From positions 128,001-192,000 of the forward strand of contig JBEKDT010000006.1 in the NCBI GenBank assembly GCA_050014195.1: a stretch of 64,000 bases of DNA. The letters run 5' to 3'. Made by a program: the position numbers and the translations under genes. Positions 39,931-49,640 of this stretch are shown piece after piece (within the stretch, counting starts at the first letter, position 1; each line of letters opens with the position of its first letter). This DNA is from Desulfomonilia bacterium (lineage in GTDB: Bacteria > Desulfobacterota > Desulfomonilia > UBA1062). The notes beneath the pieces were generated by a model. That model was not told the DNA's origin and made no database searches. It saw only the letters and a list, made by a program, of their open reading frames with translations.

Positions 39931-41400
39931 ATGATCCGCTATAATAGGGTAGCTATGAGAGACGGTACGGACATACAAAAGGAAGACTCCCTAGGCAATC
40001 ATCCACATCTTGGGACCAACCCCATCACAGCCGGTAATACATGGAATGCCATCTGGCGCCTGACCTGGCCTATGCTGATTATCATGATCCTCAACTTCCT
40101 TGTAGGGTTCACCGACATCTATGTAGCCGGGCTCATCAGCAGCGATGTACAGGCTGCAATCGGATATGTCTCGCAACTCTATTTTCTCTTCATTATCCTG
40201 GCCAATGCCATCAGCATCGGTACGGTGGCGCTGGTGTCAAGGGCCTTTGGCGCATTGGCCTTTGAGAAGGTTTCAGAGTATGCAAAGCAGTCACTGATCT
40301 TTGGCCTCGTGGTCTCGCTTATGCTCATGACCTTCGGCCTCCTCTTTTATGCACCCACGGTGAAGATTGCGGGCTTTCCGTCCCAGATACGCACCATGGC
40401 CGAGACATTCCTTGTAATATTCTCCTTTGCGCTGGGCGCGAACTACCTCCTGATAATCAGCAGCGGGATCTTCCGGGCAAGCGGAGAGGTGATAAAACCC
40501 CTCATCATCATGTCCGTCTTTTGTGTTATCAACATCGTGCTTGATTTTGCCCTCGTGTTCGGCCTTGGACCGTTTCCTGTCCTGGGTTATGTGGGGATCG
40601 GCATTGCTACGGCGACTGCAGCCACAGTGAGCATGGTGATAAGCCTCCTTTTTTTCTTTACCGGAAGATGGAGGGGACTCCTAAAGAAAGGTTGGAGGAT
40701 ACAGGCCCGAACGATCTTCCTGATTGCAAAGCTTGGCTGGCCGGCCGGACTGCTCCAGGTAGCATGGAATGCCGGAAGCATCATTCTCTACAACATACTA
40801 TCCCGCCTCGGCAGTGAAAGCATCACGGCATTGGCCTCCATCACCAATGGGCTGAGGATCGAGGCAATCATCTTCCTGCCTGCCTTTGCCATGAACATGG
40901 CCGCCTCAGTCCTTGTGGGCCAGAATCTCGGTGCCGGCAATACGAAAAGGGCCACCCGGCTCGGGTGGAAGATCGCTTTAACGGCCACGATCACCTTAAG
41001 CCTGCTGTCGTGTATCATCTTTGTAGGGGCTCGGTTTTTTGCCTCGCTTCTGGCCCGGGACCCTGCCGTGCTTGCAGAGACGGCCAGATACCTGAGAGTG
41101 AACATGTTCTCCGAACCGTTTATGGCCTTGAGCCTCGTACTTGGTGGTGCCCTCCAGGGGGCGGGGGACACCAAGGGCAATATGTGGGTCATCATCTTCT
41201 GCATGTGGATCATACGGCTGCCGCTGGCCTTTGCCCTGGCCATCCTTCTCGGCTTCGGCGCCCTGGGCGTATGGATAGCCATGGTCACCTCCATGGTATT
41301 CCAAGGTCTGCTCATGGCATACCGGTTCCATAGGGGGAAGTGGAGAATGGTGAGGATAGATGGATTAGTAACGAGTGAAAGGAAAGTGACTAGTGAATAG
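39931..41400 (+). CDS. MATE family efflux transporter
   Basis: About 12 TMs, VGQNLGAG, LQGAGDT; start uncertain. Confidence 0.93.
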   Translation: MIRYNRVAMRDGTDIQKEDSLGNHPHLGTNPITAGNTWNAIWRLTWPMLIIMILNFLVGFTDIYVAGLISSDVQAAIGYVSQLYFLFIILANAISIGTVALVSRAFGALAFEKVSEYAKQSLIFGLVVSLMLMTFGLLFYAPTVKIAGFPSQIRTMAETFLVIFSFALGANYLLIISSGIFRASGEVIKPLIIMSVFCVINIVLDFALVFGLGPFPVLGYVGIGIATATAATVSMVISLLFFFTGRWRGLLKKGWRIQARTIFLIAKLGWPAGLLQVAWNAGSIILYNILSRLGSESITALASITNGLRIEAIIFLPAFAMNMAASVLVGQNLGAGNTKRATRLGWKIALTATITLSLLSCIIFVGARFFASLLARDPAVLAETARYLRVNMFSEPFMALSLVLGGALQGAGDTKGNMWVIIFCMWIIRLPLAFALAILLGFGALGVWIAMVTSMVFQGLLMAYRFHRGKWRMVRIDGLVTSERKVTSE

Positions 41401-41412
41401 TGACTAGTGACT
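41385..41412 (+). repeat. 7-nt tandem repeat AGTGA(C/A)T x4 overlapping the MATE stop
   Basis: AGTGACT AGTGAAT AGTGACT AGTGACT. Confidence 0.8.
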
Positions 41413-41441
41413 ATAAGTGAACTTGTCCTCGCCCTTCATTC

Positions 41442-41545
41442 TGTAGGAGTGACTTTAGCCGCGACATCCGGAATTGGGTCGCGCCTGAAGGCGCTCCTAC
41501 ATCTCGATAATATGTTGCATGCTGTAGGAGCGGGTTGAGCTTTAG
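41442..41545. repeat. GTAG-type REP-like elements (inverted pair plus third partial copy)
   Basis: TGTAGGAG(41442)...GCGAC/GTCGC...CTCCTACA(41501); TGTAGGAGCG at 41523. Confidence 0.7.
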
Positions 41546-41818
41546 CGAAAAACAACATCGTGTTCTATCTCCTGCTTGCTTGTTTCCGACGATCTATCCG
41601 CACACTTCAATGAGATATTTGCACAAATCACTGATCCTTTGCAATACTACCCGGCATATGGTTCATGTGTTTCTGGACACGCACACCCGGAGGGACTACA
41701 ATTTGCTTCCATGCCGCCATGAAACGCTACATACAGGTATGATTTAACGAGCATGGCTCAAGGCTTAATGCCTGTACTATGTTACTCTGGAAGGCATTGT
41801 CCGTTTGCAGGAGGATTC

Positions 41819-43147
41819 ATGGCTGAGAAGGTCATTATCATGGGTGCGGCAGGAAGGGATTTCCACAACTTTAATATCTACTTCAAGGACAATTCACGCT
41901 ATCATGTAGTGGCATTCACTGCGGCACAGATACCAGATATCGAGCAGAGGTCATACCCTGCCCGGCTTGCAGGAGGCCTCTATCCGGAAGGCATCCCCAT
42001 CTATCCCGAGGCCATGCTGGCAAATCTTATCACTGATAATCAGGTAGACTTGGTGGCCTTCTCCTACAGCGATGTCCCGCATGTGGAGCTCATGCACAAG
42101 GCATCCATCGCAATGGCCCACGGTGCCGATTTTATCATGATCGCCGCATCCTACACCATGCTCAAGGCCGACAAACCCGTAGTGGCCGTGTGCGCAGTCC
42201 GTACCGGCTGCGGCAAGTCGCAAACCACCCGCAAGGTGTGCACTATCTTGCGGGGGCTCGGCAAGAAAGTCGTGGTGGTCCGCCATCCCATGCCGTATGG
42301 CGATCTCGTGGCCCAGGAGGTGCAGCGCTTCTCCACCTATGAAGATTTCGAGCACCATAAATGTACGATCGAGGAGCGAGAGGAATATGAGCCCATCGTG
42401 GACCAGGGCATAGTGGTGTATGCCGGCGTTGATTACGGCAAGATCCTTGAGGCGGCCCAGCAAGAGGCGGACATCATTGTCTGGGATGGCGGCAACAACG
42501 ACACACCATTCTACAGGCCCGATGTGCACATCGTGCTCTTTGACCCGCACCGTGCCGGTCATGAACTGCTCTACTATCCGGGCGAGACCAACATGCGTAT
42601 GGCCCAAATTGCAATCATCAACAAGGTGGACAGTGCAGAGCCCTCTCAGGTAGAGTTGGTAAGGGCCAACATTGTTTCGTTCAATCCCTCAGCCAAAATC
42701 GTTCTTGCCTCTTCACCCGTTATTGTGAGCGAGCCCGAACGGGTCAAGGGTAAACGGGTCCTGGTGGTGGAAGATGGACCAACCCTTACCCACGGCGAGA
42801 TGGCCTTCGGAGCCGGCTTAATTGCGGCGCATACGTTCAAGGCCTCTGAGATAATAGATCCCCGGCCCTCTGCTGCAGGTTCCATCAGGGATACATACCG
42901 GGTCTATCCCCATATCGGCCCGGTATTGCCCGCCATGGGCTATAGCGCAGACCAGATCGCAGACCTCGAGCAGACGATCAATGCCTCTGATTGCGATCTT
43001 GTGCTCTTTGCCACCCCCATCCAGCTCACCAGGATCGTATCCATCAACAAGCCCGCCATCCGCGTGCGTTATGAATATGAAAACTATGGGGAGCCTACGT
43101 TAGAGGATGTCCTTCTGCGTGAACTTAAAGACATGGGGCTGATCTAG
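41819..43147 (+). CDS. COG2403 P-loop NTPase (cDPG-synthetase-like; candidate arginine synthetase ArcE)
   Basis: MGAAGRDFHNFN, AVRTGCGKS, RHPMPYG, WDGGNND, EDGPTLTHG; AGGAGG RBS; coupled to carbamate kinase. Confidence 0.82.
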   Translation: MAEKVIIMGAAGRDFHNFNIYFKDNSRYHVVAFTAAQIPDIEQRSYPARLAGGLYPEGIPIYPEAMLANLITDNQVDLVAFSYSDVPHVELMHKASIAMAHGADFIMIAASYTMLKADKPVVAVCAVRTGCGKSQTTRKVCTILRGLGKKVVVVRHPMPYGDLVAQEVQRFSTYEDFEHHKCTIEEREEYEPIVDQGIVVYAGVDYGKILEAAQQEADIIVWDGGNNDTPFYRPDVHIVLFDPHRAGHELLYYPGETNMRMAQIAIINKVDSAEPSQVELVRANIVSFNPSAKIVLASSPVIVSEPERVKGKRVLVVEDGPTLTHGEMAFGAGLIAAHTFKASEIIDPRPSAAGSIRDTYRVYPHIGPVLPAMGYSADQIADLEQTINASDCDLVLFATPIQLTRIVSINKPAIRVRYEYENYGEPTLEDVLLRELKDMGLI

Positions 43148-44082
43148 TGCAAAGCTCAAAGCCCATTCTGCTCGTTGCATTAGGCGGCAACGCCCTGATA
43201 AGGAAAGGCCAGCAAGGCACCATCGAGGAACAATTTGATAACCTCAGGGTGCCGATAAGCCAGATAGCCAGGCTCACGCGCGATTACCGCATCATCATCA
43301 CCCATGGGAACGGACCGCAGGTGGGCAATCTCCTGCTCCAGCAGGAATGCTGCAATGATGTGCCCAAGATGCCCCTGGAGATCCTGGTGGCACAGACCCA
43401 GGGCGCCATAGGATATATGATAGAGTCCACCCTTGACAGCGAGCTCATGCGCCAGGCGATTGCCGCCAGCAAGCCCCTGGTAAGCCTCATCAGCTATGTG
43501 GTGGTGGATGAGAACAGCCAGGCCTTCAGAGACCCCAGCAAGCCCATAGGTCCGGCCTTCACCGAGGATAAGGCCGGGACATTACCCTATCGTGTTAAAA
43601 AGACGGAGAAGGGGTTCCGCAGGGTTGTGGCATCTCCCGAGCCTCTCACCATTGTGGAGAAGAACGAGATCATGAAACTCATTGCGATGGATTTCGTGGT
43701 TATATGCTGTGGTGGGGGAGGGATACCGGTAGTCCGTGAGGGCAGGTCATTCGCCGGTGTGGACGCGGTCATCGACAAGGATCTCGCAAGTGCCAAGCTG
43801 GCCGTTGAAGTAGGCGTGGATACATTCATCATTGCTACCGATGTCCCCGGCGTTGCCATCAACTATGGAAGAGAAGACCAGCATTTTTTAAAGACCATGA
43901 CTACGACCCAGGCCGGTCGCTATAGGGAAGAAGGTCAATTCTCAGAAGGCTCCATGCTGCCCAAGATCCAGGCTGCAACTGCTTTTATTCATTCCGGGGG
44001 CAGAAGGGCCGTCATTACTGCAATCGAAGCAATTGAAGATGCAGTGGCAGGCCGGGCCGGCACCGAGATCACGAGGGGATAG
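43147..44082 (+). CDS. arcC: Carbamate kinase
   Basis: VALGGNAL, THGNGPQVG, KPIGP, RRVVASP, GGGGIPV, AVIDKD, GSMLPK. Confidence 0.95.
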   Translation: MQSSKPILLVALGGNALIRKGQQGTIEEQFDNLRVPISQIARLTRDYRIIITHGNGPQVGNLLLQQECCNDVPKMPLEILVAQTQGAIGYMIESTLDSELMRQAIAASKPLVSLISYVVVDENSQAFRDPSKPIGPAFTEDKAGTLPYRVKKTEKGFRRVVASPEPLTIVEKNEIMKLIAMDFVVICCGGGGIPVVREGRSFAGVDAVIDKDLASAKLAVEVGVDTFIIATDVPGVAINYGREDQHFLKTMTTTQAGRYREEGQFSEGSMLPKIQAATAFIHSGGRRAVITAIEAIEDAVAGRAGTEITRG

Positions 44083-44269
44083 CCCTAACTCTCTTCGCGG
44101 GGATCCGATAGTATTTTAGGAAATAAAAGTAGTTGTCTCGATCCATACATATCACATGAAGAATGGTATCCTGACTGAAGAGATCTCATGACGTAATATT
44201 CATAATTTCAGATGGGAAGGAAGCGGATATTTATCGCAGAGATCTATGCTTTTACTTCATAAAGAAATC

Positions 44270-46483
44270 TTAATGATTTTTAATCAATTCAATAAAATAA
44301 GAAGTATTTCTAATGTTAGCAAGATCAGGGTCCCTCTTGATCAGACCCCAATTGTTAAATCCCTTTTCAATTGACTGTTTCAGCCATTCAATAGATTTAT
44401 CAGTCATATTCTGCTTAGCATAGATGCATGCAATGTTATAGTAGACCTCTGGATTACCTGGCTGAATCCGCTGCATGTTCTTAAGCACATCTAAAGCCTG
44501 ATCGTACTTCTGAAACTTAGAATATATGAGCACAAGCCCAGACATGGCCTTCATATATTCTGGTTGAATTGAGATTGCTTTTTGATATTGGATAATGGCG
44601 TCATCATATTCTCCCATCTGAGAATAGAGATCACCAAGCCTTGCATGGTAAGTAGGATTTTGTGGTTCTGATTTCAATGATTCATTTAATAGGGATAGTT
44701 CGGCTTCAAACTTTTCCGGAGTAGCCTTTGCTTTTTCAAGATAACTCACCACCACATATTGATGTGGATCGATAAGCAGTGCTTCATTCAGTTGAAAAAT
44801 GGCTTCATGTAGTTTCCCTGTCAGCAACATGGCTTTTCCGAGATTAAAATGGGCCTGAAAGTCCATTGGGTTGAGCCTGAGCAACTCCTGGAATTGCTCG
44901 ATGGCCTCATCTGTTCTGCCCATCGATGCTAAAAGGAGCCCTAGATTATTGTGTATATTCATATTATTAGGATCTATCTGTACGCCTTTTGATAAATACT
45001 CGACAGCAGCTTTATCTTCTTTCTTCATTATATACGACATCCCGATACCATTATACGCTTCCGAGGTCGGTCTTATCCGCAAGGCCTGATGGAATTCTTT
45101 GATGGCCTCATCCAGCTGTCCCTTCTTTATCAGTACAAGCCCCAGATTAGTGTAAGCCATGTAGTTATTCTTAGTGACAGCGATTGTGTGCCTGCAGATA
45201 GTTTCGCTGTTTTTCCAAAAGCCGACCTGCACCCATGCAACCGCTATCAGTAGTACCAGAACGCCGACAGATATCACTCCAAGGACCGCCTTGCCCCAGC
45301 GCCAACGGCAGAAGAGATCGCTGAATCCCCACACGATCATGAGAAATATCCCAATAAGCGGTATGTATGTGTACCTGTCTGCCATCGACTGAGATCCGAC
45401 TTGCACGATCCCAATAACTGGGACCAGGGTACCGATGTACCAGAGCCAGCCCACTACAAGATAAGGAAACCTAAACGCAAAAAACAGGACCGCAACTGTG
45501 ACAAACAAAAGAAATATGGCGCACAAAATAACTGCCAGGGGATGAATGACCTCAGGATACGCGTAGAAGTTTGCTAAATTGAACGGCCATATCATCTTCC
45601 AGAGATAAGAAGCATAAGAGATGATGACATTGGCCATTTTGAAACCGAAATCTAACTCACTCAGGGAACTTAACGATCCCGCACTTTTTTGGGCAAACAT
45701 GGTAATACCGCTTGAGATCATTGCAAACACAATGAGGGGTATCTTTTCAAGAACAAGGGCTGAAAGTCTTGAGTGCCATCCTACAGATTCCGCTGTTCCC
45801 TTGTCCTGGTTTTTGTTGAGATCTCCTGCCTGATGAATTTCCAGACGATTTAACGGCCAGAAATCCAAAAGAAGCAGTACGAAGGGCAAGGTCACAATCA
45901 TGGGTTTGGACAGAAGCCCCAGGATAAAGAAGAGAATCAAAACAAGATATCTCTTAATAGTACGGTTCTGAACATACCAGAGATAACTCATCATGGTGAG
46001 CATCCAGAAAAAAGTGCTCAGCACATCTTTGCGCTCTGCGATCCATGCAACCGACTCAACATGCAACGGATGCACGGCAAAAAGAGCAGCCACCGCAGCG
46101 CTCCTCCAGGATGCAGCGGTCATCTTCTCCAGAACGAGAAAGAGAAGTATGGTATTGAGAATGTGAAAGATCACGTTGGTAATGTGGTGCAGGCCCGGAT
46201 TGAGGAGACCGAAGATCTGTACATCAAGCATATGAGAAATCCAGGTTAGTGGATGCCAGTTCGATGCATAAAACGATGAAAATGCCCATCTGATTCCTTC
46301 AAGACTCACCCCATTTCTGAGGGTATAGTTGTCCAAAATATATTGAGGATCATCCATGTTAATGTAGTCAAAACCTACTACTTGCCAATACACTGTGAGT
46401 GTTGCAGCTGTTAACAGTAGGCAGATCCAAACCTTAAGGTTTGGATTTCTTGAGTTGCTTTTGGCATCCAGCTCAATTTTCAT
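44270..46483 (-). CDS. TMTC-like membrane glycosyltransferase (GT-C fold) with TPRs, paralog 2
   Basis: MDD loop, NWHPLTWISHMLD, HPLHVESVAWIAERKDVLS; same C-terminus DPDLANIRNTS..ELIKNH as paralog 1; AT-rich. Confidence 0.85.
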   Translation of the reverse strand: MKIELDAKSNSRNPNLKVWICLLLTAATLTVYWQVVGFDYINMDDPQYILDNYTLRNGVSLEGIRWAFSSFYASNWHPLTWISHMLDVQIFGLLNPGLHHITNVIFHILNTILLFLVLEKMTAASWRSAAVAALFAVHPLHVESVAWIAERKDVLSTFFWMLTMMSYLWYVQNRTIKRYLVLILFFILGLLSKPMIVTLPFVLLLLDFWPLNRLEIHQAGDLNKNQDKGTAESVGWHSRLSALVLEKIPLIVFAMISSGITMFAQKSAGSLSSLSELDFGFKMANVIISYASYLWKMIWPFNLANFYAYPEVIHPLAVILCAIFLLFVTVAVLFFAFRFPYLVVGWLWYIGTLVPVIGIVQVGSQSMADRYTYIPLIGIFLMIVWGFSDLFCRWRWGKAVLGVISVGVLVLLIAVAWVQVGFWKNSETICRHTIAVTKNNYMAYTNLGLVLIKKGQLDEAIKEFHQALRIRPTSEAYNGIGMSYIMKKEDKAAVEYLSKGVQIDPNNMNIHNNLGLLLASMGRTDEAIEQFQELLRLNPMDFQAHFNLGKAMLLTGKLHEAIFQLNEALLIDPHQYVVVSYLEKAKATPEKFEAELSLLNESLKSEPQNPTYHARLGDLYSQMGEYDDAIIQYQKAISIQPEYMKAMSGLVLIYSKFQKYDQALDVLKNMQRIQPGNPEVYYNIACIYAKQNMTDKSIEWLKQSIEKGFNNWGLIKRDPDLANIRNTSYFIELIKNH

Positions 46484-47069
46484 GAGGTCATCACCATATC
46501 AATTATTAAATTAATTGGTATTAATTTGATTGTAAATATTCAAATAGTAATTCAGAGTAGTTTGTACCTCAAACTACTCCCAGACACAAATATATTGACA
46601 TGAACCTATTATAAATTAATAATATTAATGATTACATTCTTTAATTCTTTGATTATTGTTTATTTAGAATATAGTTAATTATTTTTTTTCAAATACTATC
46701 ATCTCGATAATACCCTGAAAACTGAAGATGTTGTGTGCCAACCTGTGGTGTTTGAAATAAGATGCCCTATGTGTAGATTTCGTGCCACCGACATGGAGCG
46801 CCTTGCAGCATAGATTGTAAACCAAGATCATCAGTTTTGAGGCTCTTCGAAACATCTATAAATCGCAGTTATCAATGGTTCATAGAAGAAAGAAAGGTGT
46901 CATAAAATGTCAGAAAGAATCCTTCATGACTCTAAGCGGTAGAGCACCTTATGAATATGCAAAGACAAAGTCTGGGGCTCATGAAGTGTTACTTTCCCCG
47001 GTGCGAATAAGACCTGAAGTGTATCCCCTAAAGTGATCCTCAATTAAATTGCACTATTTTGGACAAGAG

Positions 47070-47098
47070 TGGATATTTATCGAGAAATGCTGTATAAT
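47070..47098 (+). promoter_or_regulatory. Putative sigma-70 promoter of the kinase/activator pair
   Basis: TGGATA-N17-TATAAT about 60 nt upstream of the ATG. Confidence 0.55.
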
Positions 47099-47160
47099 AT
47101 CTAATCTGATAGAAGCTCTTTTCATAAAGAAGACCCTGGTTACGTCTGGAGGTGGTGGGT

Positions 47161-49626
47161 ATGGCTGGACCCACAGACAGCACGGAGAAAAACAGGATCT
47201 GCAGGCTTGAGAGTGAATTGAATAAGTCACAGCTCACGATTGCTCAACTCCTTGAAAAAGAGCGCACGCTTTCCAATGTGATAGAAGCCATCCCCATCGC
47301 AGCCTTTGTCATCGACAGAACGCACCGGGTTACCCACTGTAACAGGGCCTATGAATACCTCACCGGATTCAGAAAAGAGGATCTCCTCAATACCAATAAA
47401 CAGTGGTCCCCCTTCTATACCCGAAAGAAGAAGACCCTTGCTGACCTTGTCGTGGACAATGCAGCAAGGCTGCAGATCGAAGATTACTATGGGAAGGATT
47501 CCCGTAGGATCAGCCACAAAGATGGGGCGTACGCGGTTGAGCTCTTTTTCCCCCATCTCGGTAATAAGGGGAAATGGATCTTCTGCACGGCCGCCCCCCT
47601 CAAGGACCGGGACGGGGTTACCATAGGTGCAGTGGAAACGCTCCAGGACCTCACCTCCCGAAAGGAGGTGGAAGAGGCCCTTTTCAAGTCGGAAGAGAAA
47701 TCCCGGATCATTCTCGACCAGATCGAAGACGGTTACTACGAGGTTGACCTTCGGGGAAGGGTCATATTTTTCAACGACGCCTTCTGCACAATCATCGGGT
47801 ATTCTAAGACAGACATGGTGGGCATGTCGTACAAGGTATTTGCTGGCCCTAAGTACATGAAAAAGATTTTCAGCATGTACAACCGGGTTTTCAGGACCGG
47901 CAAGCCCGTCAAGGCCTTCGAGTGGGAGATCGTCAGGAAGGATGGAACAAAACGGCTCGTGGAGTTCTCCGTGTCCCTCATGAGGAACGCATCAAATGCA
48001 CCGGTGGGGTTCCGTGGGATCGTGCGCGATGTCACGGATGCCAGGAGTGCGGAGAGGGAGCTGCGCAGGTACAAGAACCGCCTCGAAGAGCTCGTGCAGG
48101 AGCGGACCTCCGAACTAAACAAAACCAACAAGAGGCTCACCAGGGTGATCGACAACCTGAGAAGGACGGAGAAGAATCTGGTGAAGCAGCAAAATTTCTC
48201 CGAGAGTATCATCCGTTCGCTGCCGTGCATCTTCTATATGATCGATAAATCCGGCCAGTTCATTAAATGGAACAAAAAAACTGAGGAGATCGGGGGTTAT
48301 TCGACAAAGGAAATGAACGACGTTCATGCCCTCGACTTCTTCCCGGAGAGGGAAAAATCAAATATCGCAGACAAAATCAGTGAGGTATTCAGCAGGGGCA
48401 GGGCGTTTACCAACACCGTCGTACTGGGTAGGGACGGCCGCGAAACCCCTCACTACTTTACCGGGGTGCGTACGCATATCGACGGGAAGAGGTACCAGGT
48501 AGGGGTGGGGATCGACACCTCTGACGCGGTCCGTGCGGAGAAGGCGCTCAGGGAGAGTGAAGAGAAGCTCACCGCAATCCTTGGCTCGGTCACTGACTAC
48601 ATGATCATCGTCGATAGGTCGTACTCAGTGGTATGGGCCAATGAAAAGGCGCGCTCCCTTTTCCCGGACCTGATTAACAACAAATGCCACCAGGTCATCC
48701 ATGGCAGCAAGCTGCCTTGCAATCCGTGCATCGGCGAAGTGTGTTTCCGTAAGGGGGGCACTTATGAGCGAGAAGGTGCCTGCATCATCCCTGTCAGTGG
48801 GGAAAGGATGGATTTCTGGAGCACCACGAGCATCGTGACCAGGCATGGGGACGGCTCGCCTGAGCTTATCCTGGAGCTCTTCAGGGACACCACGGAAAAG
48901 AAAGCATACGAGGCCGAAGCCGTGCGTGTGGGCCAGCTCGCATCGCTGGGCGAGCTCGCTGCCGGAGTGGCCCATGAGATCAACAACCCCATTAATGGGA
49001 TACTCAACTATGGACAGATACTTCTTGAGAAAACAGGGAGAGCATCTGCAGACCATGAGATCCTGCAGAGGATAGTCCAAGAGGGGGAGCGGGTTGCGGG
49101 TATCGTCCATAATCTCCTTTCATTCGCCCGGGTAAGAAAGGATGAGTTCGTATCTACCTCACTGGATGAGGTTATCAGTTCCTGTCTCGGGCTTGTGGCC
49201 AAGCAGCTGGCCAATGACGGGATCTCACTGAGGATCGACACGGATGTCGGGCTCCCGAGGCTCTATTGCAACAGCCAGCAGCTTCAGCAGGTGTTCCTGA
49301 ACGTCATCAGCAACGCCCGGTATGCACTGAATCAGAAGTACAGGGGGGCCCACAGTAACAAGATCATCGAGATCAGCGCAGAAAAGACACGGATGAAGAG
49401 TATGAAGGCCCTGAGGATTATCGTGTGCGATCATGGCACGGGCATATCGCCGGAGATAATCGACAAGATCGGCTCCCCCTTCTTCACCACGAAACCCATG
49501 AATGAAGGAACAGGGCTCGGGCTGAACATCAGCCATGGCATCATCAAAAACCATGGGGGCAGGCTGTGGTTCGACAGCACCGTCGGTGAATTCACCAAGG
49601 TCATCATCGACCTGCCGGCACGTTAA
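47161..49626 (+). CDS. Cytoplasmic multi-PAS histidine kinase (NtrB-like)
   Basis: Four PAS units, the last Cys-rich (KCHQVIHGSKLPCNPC); AHEINNP, GTGLGL; GGAGG before the ATG. Confidence 0.95.
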   Translation: MAGPTDSTEKNRICRLESELNKSQLTIAQLLEKERTLSNVIEAIPIAAFVIDRTHRVTHCNRAYEYLTGFRKEDLLNTNKQWSPFYTRKKKTLADLVVDNAARLQIEDYYGKDSRRISHKDGAYAVELFFPHLGNKGKWIFCTAAPLKDRDGVTIGAVETLQDLTSRKEVEEALFKSEEKSRIILDQIEDGYYEVDLRGRVIFFNDAFCTIIGYSKTDMVGMSYKVFAGPKYMKKIFSMYNRVFRTGKPVKAFEWEIVRKDGTKRLVEFSVSLMRNASNAPVGFRGIVRDVTDARSAERELRRYKNRLEELVQERTSELNKTNKRLTRVIDNLRRTEKNLVKQQNFSESIIRSLPCIFYMIDKSGQFIKWNKKTEEIGGYSTKEMNDVHALDFFPEREKSNIADKISEVFSRGRAFTNTVVLGRDGRETPHYFTGVRTHIDGKRYQVGVGIDTSDAVRAEKALRESEEKLTAILGSVTDYMIIVDRSYSVVWANEKARSLFPDLINNKCHQVIHGSKLPCNPCIGEVCFRKGGTYEREGACIIPVSGERMDFWSTTSIVTRHGDGSPELILELFRDTTEKKAYEAEAVRVGQLASLGELAAGVAHEINNPINGILNYGQILLEKTGRASADHEILQRIVQEGERVAGIVHNLLSFARVRKDEFVSTSLDEVISSCLGLVAKQLANDGISLRIDTDVGLPRLYCNSQQLQQVFLNVISNARYALNQKYRGAHSNKIIEISAEKTRMKSMKALRIIVCDHGTGISPEIIDKIGSPFFTTKPMNEGTGLGLNISHGIIKNHGGRLWFDSTVGEFTKVIIDLPAR

Positions 49627-49640
49627 ACGAGGGGGACATC

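Noticed and set aside
46725-46790. TGGCAC boxes upstream of TMTC paralog 2 (also at about 12306 and 63975) as sigma-54 promoters
   Set aside because: No TTGC-like -12 element at the correct spacing.
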